From Dehalococcoidia bacterium (lineage in GTDB: Bacteria > Chloroflexota > Dehalococcoidia > UBA2979), in the NCBI GenBank assembly GCA_965262725.1, contig OZ253555.1, positions 896,001-960,000 on the forward strand: DNA of 64,000 bases, given 5' to 3'. This document shows, in pieces, positions 9,744 to 19,059 of the stretch; the first letter of the stretch is position 1, and every line of letters begins with the position of its first letter. The translations under genes and the position numbers were made by a program. The notes below the pieces were generated by a model that worked only from the letters and a program-made list of their open reading frames with translations, was not told the DNA's origin and did no database searches.

Positions 9744-11564
9744 ATGGAATCGTCGCTGCTCGCGGTGCTCGGCGTCGTGGGGCTGGCCGTGTCCATCGTC
9801 GGGTTCGTCGCCCGGCGGCTGCGCGTCCCGGCGGTCTTGCTGTATCTGCTGATCGGGGCTCTCGCCGGGCCCGGCCTCCTTGATCTCGTCAACCCCGACG
9901 AGCTCGGGGAGTTCTTCACGGTCGCGCTCGAGGTGCTCGTCGCGCTGATCGTCTTCGAGGGGGCATTCTCGATCGATCCGGACGGCCTGCGCCGCACGGG
10001 CCGCGTGGTCCGCAACCTGCTGACGCTCGGCATGGCGATCACCTTCGTGCTCGCCACGCTGCTCGCCGGTCTGCTCGGGGTCGTGCCGTGGGGGACGGCC
10101 TTCGTCTTCGGCGCGCTGGTCACGGTCACCGGCCCGACGGTGATCGGGCCGCTCGTGAGGCGCCTGCGCCTCAACGACCGCGTGGAGTCCGTGCTGCTCG
10201 CCGAGGGCGTGCTGATCGATCCGCTGGGCGCGATCCTCGCGGTCGTCGTGCTGGAGGTCGTGCTCTCCGGCCTGCAGGCCGATCCCTTCCTCTGGGCGCC
10301 GTCGCGGCTCGGCGGCGGCGCGCTGATCGGTCTGGCGGGGGCGGCCGCCGTGTGGCAGGTGCTGCGAATCCACCGCGAGGCTGACGAGCGCGACTCGCTG
10401 CTGCTCCTCCTGGGACTCGCCGCCGCGACCTTCGCGCTCGCCGAGAGCCTCCTCGATGGCTCGGGGCTGACCGCCATGGCGGTGATGGGCGTGGCACTCG
10501 GCACGGGGCCGGTCCCGCATCGCGAGGCCGTCACCGGCACGCAGGATACGCTCAGCCGCATTCTCGTGGCCGCTGTTTTCGTGCTCGCGACGGCGGCGGT
10601 CGATCTCTCCGTGGTCTCGCAGCTCTGGCCGCGCGGTTTCATCGTCGTGGCGGGGCTGATGCTGATCGTGCGGCCGCTCGCCGTCTGGCTCTCGGCTCGG
10701 GGGTCGGACCTCACACGCCGCGAGCGCCTCTACGTGGGGCTGATCGGGCCGCGTGGCGTCGTGGCGGCGGCGCTCGCCGCGTTCGCCGGCGAGGAGCTGG
10801 GTCCGATGGAGCGCGGCCCCGAACTGACGGCGCTCGTCTTCCTGACTATCCTCCTCACCATCGCGATCCAGTCGAGCTACGCGGGGCTGCTCGCGCGGCT
10901 CTTGAAGGTCGAGGCTATGCGGGCGATCGTGGCGGGCGCCGGGCAGGTGGGACGCCGTGTGGCGGCGCAGCTCGCGGCCGGCGGGCACTCCGTGATGCTC
11001 ATCGACAACGACCCCGAGGCGGTGTCGCGCGCCCGGTCCGAGGGGCTTCAGGCCGAGGTCGCCGACTGCACGGACGCGGAGGCGCTCGACCGGCTCGGGG
11101 CCGCCGAGGTCGCGCTCTCGGTGGGCGTGACCAATTCCGACCAGGCGAACCTCCTCTTCAGCCAGTTCATGCGCTCGACCGGAGTGGAGACCGAGGCGCA
11201 CGCGGTGGTCGTCCAGCCGGGCTCGCTCGAGGCGTTTCGCGCGGCCGGTGTGCACGCCGTCCGCCGCGACGAGGCCGTCGCGACCGCGATGTTCGAGATG
11301 ATGGGCAACCCGGCGATCTTTGACGCCCTCACCCACGACGATCAGCGGCTGGCGATCGAGGTACCGGTCGGCGGCTCGCTCGACGGGCGGCGCGTGATGG
11401 ATCTCGGTCTCCCCCCCGGCGTGCTGGTGGTGCTCGTGGAGCGGGGCTCCGGCGAGCTGGTGCCGCGCGGCACGACGCCGCTTCAGCGCGGCGACCGGTT
11501 GCTGCTCTTTGGCCGCGCCGATGCCGTGCGCGGCGCCCGCGACGCGCTCATCGCGCTCACGTAG
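9744..11564 (+). CDS. CPA1/NhaP-type cation:proton antiporter with TrkA-N and TrkA-C domains
   Basis: Many TM helices, VTGPTV, EGVLIDP and GPRGVVAA; GAGQVG Rossmann motif; C-terminal LVPRGTTPLQRGD. Confidence 0.9.
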   Translation: MESSLLAVLGVVGLAVSIVGFVARRLRVPAVLLYLLIGALAGPGLLDLVNPDELGEFFTVALEVLVALIVFEGAFSIDPDGLRRTGRVVRNLLTLGMAITFVLATLLAGLLGVVPWGTAFVFGALVTVTGPTVIGPLVRRLRLNDRVESVLLAEGVLIDPLGAILAVVVLEVVLSGLQADPFLWAPSRLGGGALIGLAGAAAVWQVLRIHREADERDSLLLLLGLAAATFALAESLLDGSGLTAMAVMGVALGTGPVPHREAVTGTQDTLSRILVAAVFVLATAAVDLSVVSQLWPRGFIVVAGLMLIVRPLAVWLSARGSDLTRRERLYVGLIGPRGVVAAALAAFAGEELGPMERGPELTALVFLTILLTIAIQSSYAGLLARLLKVEAMRAIVAGAGQVGRRVAAQLAAGGHSVMLIDNDPEAVSRARSEGLQAEVADCTDAEALDRLGAAEVALSVGVTNSDQANLLFSQFMRSTGVETEAHAVVVQPGSLEAFRAAGVHAVRRDEAVATAMFEMMGNPAIFDALTHDDQRLAIEVPVGGSLDGRRVMDLGLPPGVLVVLVERGSGELVPRGTTPLQRGDRLLLFGRADAVRGARDALIALT

Positions 11565-11667
11565 CCTCCCGCGCGTCTCCCCCCTCCTGCCGCCTCCCGT
11601 AGAATGCGCCGGCCAGCCGGCGCCACGCGCTGCTGGGGAGAACGTCGGCGCACGGGAGGGGGCGGGG

Positions 11668-13044
11668 ATGACGAGGCTCGCGATCCGCGGCGGAGCGCTG
11701 GTCGACGGCACGGGCGGGGCGCCCCTCGCCGACGCGACAGTGCTGGTCGAGGGCGACCGCATCGTCGCCGTCGGTCGCTCCGCAGCGATCGCCGTCTCCG
11801 AGGACGCGACGGTGGTCGAGGCCCACGGGCGCACGATCATGCCGGGTCTCATCGACATGCACGTCCACACCTCCCTCTGCGGAGAGGAGTCATTTCCGCT
11901 CTTCCTCGCGCTCGGCGTGACGACGATCCGCGACTGCGCCGCCGAGCCGTCCGAGATCCTGCCGCTCCGTGAGCGGGTAGCGAGGGGTGAGGTCGTGGGC
12001 CCGAGGATCGTCTCGATGGGACCGATCCTCGACGGCTCGCCGCCGACCTTCCCGCCGCCGCCTCCCCCCGGCCTCCGCGAGCTGCGCAGCGAGGAAGAGG
12101 CGCGCGCCGCTGCCGAGGCCGTGATCGAATCCGGCGCCGACGGGTTGAAGCTCTACGCCCGGCTGCCGCCGGACCTCACGGCCGCGATCCTGGAAGTCGC
12201 GCGCGGTCGCGTCCCCACGACCGGCCACCTCTCGCGCACGACGGCGAGCGAGGCCGTCCGGGCGGGGATCAGCTGTCTTGAGCACGTCCACGCCTCGCTC
12301 TATCAGGACATCGTCCGGGAGGAGGATCGGCACCCTGCCGACGCCGGCAACGGCGTCATGCCGAATTACTGGAACTGGCTGGCGGGCGGATGGGCGCGAG
12401 CCGATCTCGGGGCGCCTCACGTGCGGGATTTCCTCGCCCTGCTGGCCGAGCACGACGTCTCGCTCTGCGCGACCCTGATCATGATGACGGGGGGGATGGT
12501 GACCGAGGAGGCGGCCGAGGAGCCCGGGCTCGCCTACCTCCCCGCGCACATGCGGGAGCGTCACCTGCCGGAGGACGCCAGACGAGCCTGGGAGGAGCGC
12601 CGGGCCGCGGGCGCCCGGGCCGGACTGCCGCTGCAGCACACGGACGTGGTCACCACGCAGACCCGCGCGAAGCAGCTCGATTTCGTCAGGCGGGCGCACG
12701 AGGCGGGCGTCCGCCTGGTGATCGGGACCGACGTCGGCGGCGCGTCGATGCAGGTGCCCGGCTTCTCCATGCATCGCGAGATGGCGATCCACCACGAGGC
12801 CGGCATCCCGGCCGGCGACGTCATCGGGGCGGCGACTCGCGCCGCGGCGGAGGCGCTCTGGCGTACGGACGATCTCGGCACCATCGAGCCGGGGAAGTTC
12901 GCGGATATCGTGGTGGTCGACGGCGACCCGCTCGCCGACCTCGATGCCGCGCGCAATGTCGTCACGGTCGTCACGAATGGCGTGCCTCACGACGCCGCGG
13001 CGCTCCGGGAGCAGGCACGCGCCGTCGCGACGGCGACGGCGTAG
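11668..13044 (+). CDS. Metal-dependent amidohydrolase (imidazolonepropionase/prolidase-like)
   Basis: MPGLIDMHVH, KLY, TGH, LEH, IGTD and GTIEPGKFADIV. Confidence 0.88.
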   Translation: MTRLAIRGGALVDGTGGAPLADATVLVEGDRIVAVGRSAAIAVSEDATVVEAHGRTIMPGLIDMHVHTSLCGEESFPLFLALGVTTIRDCAAEPSEILPLRERVARGEVVGPRIVSMGPILDGSPPTFPPPPPPGLRELRSEEEARAAAEAVIESGADGLKLYARLPPDLTAAILEVARGRVPTTGHLSRTTASEAVRAGISCLEHVHASLYQDIVREEDRHPADAGNGVMPNYWNWLAGGWARADLGAPHVRDFLALLAEHDVSLCATLIMMTGGMVTEEAAEEPGLAYLPAHMRERHLPEDARRAWEERRAAGARAGLPLQHTDVVTTQTRAKQLDFVRRAHEAGVRLVIGTDVGGASMQVPGFSMHREMAIHHEAGIPAGDVIGAATRAAAEALWRTDDLGTIEPGKFADIVVVDGDPLADLDAARNVVTVVTNGVPHDAAALREQARAVATATA

Positions 13045-13069
13045 CGTGCCTCCCGCAGGGGGTCGCCTC

Positions 13070-13537
13070 GTGATCGGCGTGATCGGCGGCGAGCAGGCCG
13101 ATGAGGCTCACGCGGCGCTCGCCTACGAGGTCGGACGCGAGCTCGGCGCCCGCGGGCACACGCTGGTCTGCGGAGGCCGTGGCGGCGTGATGCGCGAGGC
13201 CTGCCGCGGCGCCCGCGACGCGGGCGGGCTCACCGTCGGCATCCTCCCCGGCGACGACGCCAGCGACGCCAACGAGTTCGTCGACGTCGCGGTCATCACT
13301 GGAATCGGCTTCGCGCGCAACACGATCATCGCGCGCACGGCCCAGGCGCTCGTGGCCGTGGGCGGCGCCTACGGAACGCTCTCTGAGATCGCCTTCGGGC
13401 TGAGCGCCGGACGCCCGGTCATTGCGCTCGGGAGCTGGGAGCTGCGCGACGGGGAGGGGCGCGAGCCGCCGATCGTCCGCGCGTCGAGCGCTCAGGAGGC
13501 CGTCGACGCCTGCGAGCGGCTCGCCCGCACGCCGTGA
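13070..13537 (+). CDS. TIGR00725 / LOG-family Rossmann-fold protein
   Basis: IGVIGG, CGGRGGVM, TVGILPG, TGIGFARN and GGAYGTLSEIA; start uncertain (13046 or 13070). Confidence 0.88.
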   Translation: MIGVIGGEQADEAHAALAYEVGRELGARGHTLVCGGRGGVMREACRGARDAGGLTVGILPGDDASDANEFVDVAVITGIGFARNTIIARTAQALVAVGGAYGTLSEIAFGLSAGRPVIALGSWELRDGEGREPPIVRASSAQEAVDACERLARTP

Positions 13538-13544
13538 CCCCCGG

Positions 13545-13973
13545 CTAGCTGTCGCTTCGCGCGCGGCCGGCGCGGAGCTCACGCCGGACGACAAGCCTGA
13601 GGCCCGACCACGTCTCATCTATGGCGCAGACCTTGTTGTCGACGAGGCCACGCGGGAGAGCGACGTCGCGCACGATGTCCTCGCTCATATCGGTTGGGAC
13701 GCGGGCCGCGCGCTTCGGCCAGGCGACCCACAGCGCGCCGTCGGGCTCGATGCGTTGCTCGAGCGCGGCGATGCGCCGCTTCAGTGCGCGGCGCTCGGTC
13801 GTGAAGAAGATCGCGACGTCGGCGTGCCCGCGGCCCGGTCGGACGACGCGCACGCGCTCCGGGAGCTCACCGAGCGTCGCCTCGAAGCCCTCGGGCGCGC
13901 CGATGAGCGCTACGCGCGCACCCGGCGTGATCCCGAGCTTGCGCGGGAGCGGTGTTCCGGAGTAGCCCGCCAT
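13545..13973 (-). CDS. DUF3052-like protein
   Basis: MAGYSGTPLPRKLGI...LWVAWPK..GLVDNKVCAIDETWSGLRLV; this is the real 3' end of the spurious 1515-aa ORF. Confidence 0.85.
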   Translation of the reverse strand: MAGYSGTPLPRKLGITPGARVALIGAPEGFEATLGELPERVRVVRPGRGHADVAIFFTTERRALKRRIAALEQRIEPDGALWVAWPKRAARVPTDMSEDIVRDVALPRGLVDNKVCAIDETWSGLRLVVRRELRAGRARSDS

Positions 13974-14060
13974 CGCTCCCTCTCGAGTCTGGCCCTGCCC
14001 TTCGACCGCCGCCTCAGGCGATGATACGGTCCGGCGCGCACGCACTCGGGGGAACCGCCG

Positions 14061-16490
14061 ATGGTGGCAAGAACGTCGTCGGGGCCGCTCGCGGACCTCG
14101 TCGTAGTCGACACGAGCGAGGGGGTGGCCGGGGGCCACGCCTCGCGGCTGCTCGCCGATCTCGGCGCGCGGGTGGTGAAGGTGGAGCCGTCGGGCGGGGA
14201 CCGGCTGCGCTCGCTGGGACCCTTCGGTTCCGGCGACGGAGCGCGGGGCGATGCGCGCCGCGAAATGGGCGGCCTCCACCTCGCTCTCGGCGCCGGCAAG
14301 GAGAGCGTGGTCCTCGATCTCGACGACGAGGCTGGCCGACGGCGTCTCCTCGAGATGCTCGCCGGCGCCGAGATCTTCCTCGAGAGCGCGGATCCGGGCC
14401 ACATGGCCAGGCGCGGTCTCGATTACGCGAGCCTGGCCTCCCGCTTCCCACGTCTCGTCTACGCCTCGCAGACGCCGTTCGGCCAGGACGGCCTGTACGC
14501 CCGGCGGCGATCGAGCGAGATCGTCGACTACGCGATGGGCGGCTACATGTACTTCTGCGGGGAGCCCGGGCGCCAGCCGCTGATGGTGCCGGGCTTCCAG
14601 GGCGAGCTGCACGCCGGGATGCAGCTCGCCCTTGGTGCCGTGATCGCGCTCTGGCACGCGCGCCGGACGGGCCACGGACAGCACGTGGACGTCTCCACGC
14701 TCGAGTCGATGCTGAGCGCGCATTGCTGGCTGACGACGCTCTGGACGCACAAGGGAATGGTGCAGGAGCGGGCTGGCTCGACGCTGATCCGCTGCGCCGA
14801 CGGCTACGTCTACTGGATGGCGCCCCGCCCCGCGCTCGATCTCTTCGTCCTGATCGAGCGCTTCGAGCTGGTCGACGATCCGCGCTGGGTCGCGGCCTCT
14901 CAGGACGGCCTGCTGTGGCGGGAGGCAGTGCCGGAGCTGCGCGAGATGTTCGAGGCGTGGGCCAGGAAGCACCCGAAGCAGGAGGTCTACGAGCGGGCGC
15001 AGACGCTGCGGCTGAACGTGACCCCCGTCAACGACGCCGCCGATCTCGTGCGCGCGCCGGGGCTGCGCGAGCGGGGATTCTGGCGCGCTGTGGAGCACCC
15101 ACTCGCCGGCTCCCTCGAACTCGCGGGATCCCCGTGGGAGCTGCGCAGCGGACCCGTTGGGCCTCGCCGCGGCGCGCCGCTCCTCGACGCCCATGCCGGT
15201 GCGACTATCGCCGCGCCCATGTGGCCCCCCGCATCCCACCCCGAGCTTGCTGACGCGCTCCCGTTCTCCGGCCTGCGCGTGCTCGACGTCACCTCCAACT
15301 GGTCGGGGCCGGTCGCCGCGCGCAATCTCGGGGATCTCGGGGCCGATGTCGTGAAGGTAGAGACGGCCGCCCGACCGGCTGCGCGAGACAATCACCCTCC
15401 GCACGGCGAGTGGTGGAACGACTGGTACAACCGCGCCGGCTCCTTCAACCTCCTGAACCGCAGCAAGCGCGCCGTGGGGCTCGATCTCCGCAATCCCGAG
15501 GGCCGAGAGACGTTGCTCCGCCTCGCCGAGCAGGCGGACGTGTTGATAGAGAACTTCGCGGCGCGGGTCATGCCGAACCTCGGGCTGAGCTACGAGGCGA
15601 TCGCGGAGCGCAACCCGCGCATCGTGATGTGTTCGATGCCGGGCTTTGGCCAGCGGGGGCCGGAGATGAACTATTCCGCCTACGGCTCGAACATCGAAGC
15701 CTCGAGCGGACTCGTAGCCACGACCGGCTACGGGCCGGAGGAGTTGCAGGCGACCGGATCGTTCTTCGCCGACCCGATCACCGGCGCGCTCGGGCTCCTC
15801 GCGACGATCGCGGCGCTGCTCGCCAGGGAGCGCGGGGCGGGCGGGGACTACGTGGTCACGACGCTGCTCGACTCGGGAGTGCTGTTCTCGGTCGACTCGC
15901 TCATGGAGTACCGGCTGAGGGGCACGGCACCGGGTCCCCAGGCGAACCGCTCGCCGCGCCGGGCCCCGCAGGGCGCCTACCGCACGGTCGGGCCGGACGA
16001 CTGGCTGGCACTGGCTGTGGAGGACGAGCCGCAGTGGCGGGCGCTCTGTGCCACGGTTGGCCACCCCGAGCTGGCCGACCGCTATCCCACGGTGGCCGAG
16101 AGGCGGGCCGCGCACGACGAGATCGATGCGGCGATCTCCCGGTGGGCGGCGGCGCTCGACCACCAGGAGGCCACCCGGAGGCTTCAGGCGGCGGGCGTGC
16201 CGGCCGGCCCCGTTCTCGCGAACTGGGAGATCCTCTCCGACCCCCACCTCTTCGAGCGCGGCTACTTCCAGCACTACGTCCACCCGAAGGTGGGTGTCTA
16301 CCCGTGGGATGGCGTTCCGTGGAGGTTCTCCAAGACGCCGGCCCGCCCCTTCGCACCGCCCCTCTTCGCCCAGGACAACGACGCGGTCCTCGCCGAGTAC
16401 CTCGGTGCCGACGAGGAGGAGCGGGCGCGTCTGCGCGCCGCAGGGGCGCTCGAGGACGAGCCGACGATGCCGGCCCCGACCTGGTCGTAA
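14061..16490 (+). CDS. Family III CoA-transferase (CaiB/BaiF), fused two-domain form
   Basis: Two LGAxVxKVE modules; GQHVDVS; NRSKR; FADPITG catalytic Asp in the second module. Confidence 0.92.
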   Translation: MVARTSSGPLADLVVVDTSEGVAGGHASRLLADLGARVVKVEPSGGDRLRSLGPFGSGDGARGDARREMGGLHLALGAGKESVVLDLDDEAGRRRLLEMLAGAEIFLESADPGHMARRGLDYASLASRFPRLVYASQTPFGQDGLYARRRSSEIVDYAMGGYMYFCGEPGRQPLMVPGFQGELHAGMQLALGAVIALWHARRTGHGQHVDVSTLESMLSAHCWLTTLWTHKGMVQERAGSTLIRCADGYVYWMAPRPALDLFVLIERFELVDDPRWVAASQDGLLWREAVPELREMFEAWARKHPKQEVYERAQTLRLNVTPVNDAADLVRAPGLRERGFWRAVEHPLAGSLELAGSPWELRSGPVGPRRGAPLLDAHAGATIAAPMWPPASHPELADALPFSGLRVLDVTSNWSGPVAARNLGDLGADVVKVETAARPAARDNHPPHGEWWNDWYNRAGSFNLLNRSKRAVGLDLRNPEGRETLLRLAEQADVLIENFAARVMPNLGLSYEAIAERNPRIVMCSMPGFGQRGPEMNYSAYGSNIEASSGLVATTGYGPEELQATGSFFADPITGALGLLATIAALLARERGAGGDYVVTTLLDSGVLFSVDSLMEYRLRGTAPGPQANRSPRRAPQGAYRTVGPDDWLALAVEDEPQWRALCATVGHPELADRYPTVAERRAAHDEIDAAISRWAAALDHQEATRRLQAAGVPAGPVLANWEILSDPHLFERGYFQHYVHPKVGVYPWDGVPWRFSKTPARPFAPPLFAQDNDAVLAEYLGADEEERARLRAAGALEDEPTMPAPTWS

Positions 16491-16523
16491 GTCGCCGGCG
16501 AAGGCGCCGGGCTGGGAGACAAG

Positions 16524-17294
16524 ATGCCGCTCATCGCCGAGGGCGCGGTGGGGCCCGACTACGCGGAGCTGACCTTCCCGCCGCCGCCGCCCGGGCGCCC
16601 CTACATCGTCACGAACATGGTCAGCTCGGCCGACGGGAAGGTCGTGGTGGAGAGCGACGAGCGAGGACTCGGGTCGCCGACCGACCGCCGGTTGATGCGC
16701 GAGCTGCGCTCGCACGCCGATGTCGTGCTCAACGGAGCCGGCACGCTGCGGGTCTCCGGGAGCTCCTCCCGGCTTGGCGTCCCCGCGCTCGAGGAGCGAC
16801 GCGTCCGACGCGGCCGTGCGCGCCTGCCGGTGGCTGCCGTCCTCAGCTCCACCGGCGACCTCCCGCTCGACCGCGCCTTCTTCCGGGCGCGCGACTTTCC
16901 GGCGGTCGTCTACCTTTCCGACGCCGCCCACCCCGAGCGCCGGGCGGCGATCGAGGCGACCGGCCGCCCGCTCCACCTCCTGCCCGGCACGGATCCGCTT
17001 CCCGCGATGGTGCGCCACATGCGCGAGGCGCTCGGAGCCGAACTCGTGCTGGTCGAGGGCGGCCCCGCGTTGAACGGCGCCCTTTTTGACCGGGACCTGA
17101 TAGACGAGTATTTCCTGACGCTCGGCTCGCGGCTCGTGGGCGGCAGCGGCGTCCGGACGGCGATTGAGGGTCGGATCACGCCCTCGCGGGCGGAGCTGCG
17201 GATGCTCGATCTCGTCTCGGCGTACGCGAACGCCGAGACGAGCGAACTCTACCTGCGCTACCGCGTGCGCCGCGCGGATTCGGGAGGCGGATGA
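16524..17294 (+). CDS. RibD C-terminal-domain reductase (DHFR-like, stand-alone)
   Basis: RPYIVTNMVSSADGK, LNGAGTLR, VEGGPALNG and LIDEYFLT; no deaminase domain. Confidence 0.88.
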   Translation: MPLIAEGAVGPDYAELTFPPPPPGRPYIVTNMVSSADGKVVVESDERGLGSPTDRRLMRELRSHADVVLNGAGTLRVSGSSSRLGVPALEERRVRRGRARLPVAAVLSSTGDLPLDRAFFRARDFPAVVYLSDAAHPERRAAIEATGRPLHLLPGTDPLPAMVRHMREALGAELVLVEGGPALNGALFDRDLIDEYFLTLGSRLVGGSGVRTAIEGRITPSRAELRMLDLVSAYANAETSELYLRYRVRRADSGGG

Positions 17295-17481
17295 GGCGCC
17301 GTACGACGCTCTCGAACCGCCAAGGCGCGTTCGCGACGCTGGAGGCCTGCGTCGATTCAACCGGTACGTCCCAGCGAGGTGAGCCAGCCGGGCCGCCGAA
17401 CAGCTCTGAGCGTTCCTGAGAGTACTGCTCACGCCGCACGGGGAGGTTGTGGGATTCCTCGATGAGATCGAACGTGGCACC
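17295..17481 (-). ncRNA. ssrS: Probable 6S RNA
   Basis: 187-nt intergenic segment. On the minus strand it folds by hand into a rod: GGUGCC/GGCGCC ends, CUC/GAG, GAAUC/GGUUC, a central bubble (CCACAACCUCCC), then GCGGCGU/GCGUCGC and apical hairpins. The layout parallels E. coli 6S. Not confirmed with a covariance model. Confidence 0.55.
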
Positions 17482-17549
17482 GTCGTCCCGTCGTAGCGCA
17501 GGACTATGATCGGCGCTCGGGTCCGGGTCGCGGGAAGGGGGCGCGCCAG

Positions 17550-19007
17550 ATGACACAGGAGACCGCGGTGCGGGACGACGCCGGTTGGAGGGCGCGCGGG
17601 AAGCCGAGCGAGGGCCTGACAAGCGAGGCCGTCGAATTCGCCACCGGCCTCACCTTCGAGGGGATCACGCCCGAGGCGCTGCGTATCGCGCGCCGCTGCG
17701 TTCTCGACGGGCTCGGCGTCGCGCTCGCCGGCTCGGAGCAGCCCGCGATCGACCTGCTGGCCCGCTACGTGGAGAAGATCGGGGGCGCACAGCAGGCCCG
17801 CGTGGTGGGCGACGCCTCTGTGCGCCTTCCCGCCCACTTCGCGGCGTTGTGGAACGGGACGGCCGGGCACGCGATGGACTGGGACGACACGCAGCTTTCG
17901 GAGGGGGAGGGGCGGCTCTACGGGCTGCTCACGCACCCCACGATCCCGCCCCTCGCCGCCTCGCTCGCCGTGGCCGAGCTCTTGGGCGGCGCCGGCGGCC
18001 GCCGCTTCCTCACCGCCTTCGTCGCCGGCTTCGAGGTGGAGTGCAAGCTCAACGAGGCGGTAACCCCGGATCACTACATCGGCGGCTTCCACTCGAGCGG
18101 CACGTTCGGGACCTTCGGCGCGGCGACCGCGGCCGCCAAGCTCCTGGGGCTCGATGCGACTGGGACCGCACGCGCGCTCGGGATCGCCGCCTCGATGGCG
18201 TCCGGGATCCGCGTGAACTTCGGAACGATGACGAAGCCGCTACACGTCGGCCGCGCCGCCGAGAACGGCGTGACGGCGGCGCTCCTCGCGAGCGAGGGCT
18301 TCACCGCGCACGAGGAGGGCATCGACGGGCCGTGGGGCTACCTCGCCGTCGCCGGCCGCGGTGCCGAGCCGGAGCTCGTGCGCGGCCGCTTCGGCGCGCC
18401 CCTCTCCATCGAGAGCCCTGGCGTCTCCATCAAGCCCTATCCCTGCGGCGTGCTGACGCACCCGTCGATGGATGCGCTCCTAGCGCTGATGAGGGAGGAG
18501 GGCCTCTCCTCCGGCGACATCGACCGCATCACCCTTCACGCCGGCAACAACATCCTCGGGCCGATCCGCTACCGGGTCGCGACGACCGAGCTCGAGGGGA
18601 AGTTCTCGATGGCGTTCCTGCTGTCGGCGATAGCCATCGCCGGGCGCGCGGGGAAGAGCGAGTTCACCGACGACTTCGTCCGCAGGCCCGACGTCCAGGA
18701 GATGCAGCGCCGCGTCGAGACGGCGTACGACGCCGAGATCGAGGCCCGCGGTCTCGACAAGATCCGCTCTAGGCTCGTCCTCGAGACGCGGGACGGCCGT
18801 CGCTTCGAGCGCGAGGCCGGGGAGGCTTACCGCGGCGGCCCCGACAATCCCCTGACCGATCGGCAAGTCGAGGAGAAGTTCGAGGATTGCGCCGGCGGCC
18901 TCCTCGACGATGCGCGCGCGCGCGAGGTGGAGCGCCGCGTCTGGGCGCTCGAGGAGCAGTCCGACGTGACGGAGCTGCTTCCGCTCCTCTCCTGGCGCGA
19001 CCGCTGA
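17550..19007 (+). CDS. MmgE/PrpD family protein
   Basis: NGTAGHAMDWDD, THPT, GFHSSG, FGTMTKPLH, IKPYPCG and EGKFS. Confidence 0.92.
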   Translation: MTQETAVRDDAGWRARGKPSEGLTSEAVEFATGLTFEGITPEALRIARRCVLDGLGVALAGSEQPAIDLLARYVEKIGGAQQARVVGDASVRLPAHFAALWNGTAGHAMDWDDTQLSEGEGRLYGLLTHPTIPPLAASLAVAELLGGAGGRRFLTAFVAGFEVECKLNEAVTPDHYIGGFHSSGTFGTFGAATAAAKLLGLDATGTARALGIAASMASGIRVNFGTMTKPLHVGRAAENGVTAALLASEGFTAHEEGIDGPWGYLAVAGRGAEPELVRGRFGAPLSIESPGVSIKPYPCGVLTHPSMDALLALMREEGLSSGDIDRITLHAGNNILGPIRYRVATTELEGKFSMAFLLSAIAIAGRAGKSEFTDDFVRRPDVQEMQRRVETAYDAEIEARGLDKIRSRLVLETRDGRRFEREAGEAYRGGPDNPLTDRQVEEKFEDCAGGLLDDARAREVERRVWALEEQSDVTELLPLLSWRDR

Positions 19008-19059
19008 GCATCCGGGCAGGGCGTTCCCGCCCGGGGGTGGTCGGCGGTGCCGCAGTCCG

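Noticed and set aside
9636-11870. 744-aa minus-strand ORF and similar long R/A/G/P-rich ORFs throughout the track
   Set aside because: They overlap motif-bearing genes on the other strand or frame and have no recognisable motifs.
17176-17622. 148-aa minus-strand ORF across the intergenic gap
   Set aside because: Atypical codon use, overlaps both flanking genes, and the sequence is better explained by RNA structure.
13545-18092. 1515-aa minus-strand ORF
   Set aside because: Antisense shadow of three well-supported plus-strand genes. Only the last 142 aa (DUF3052-like) look real. Long stop-free shadows are expected at this GC content.
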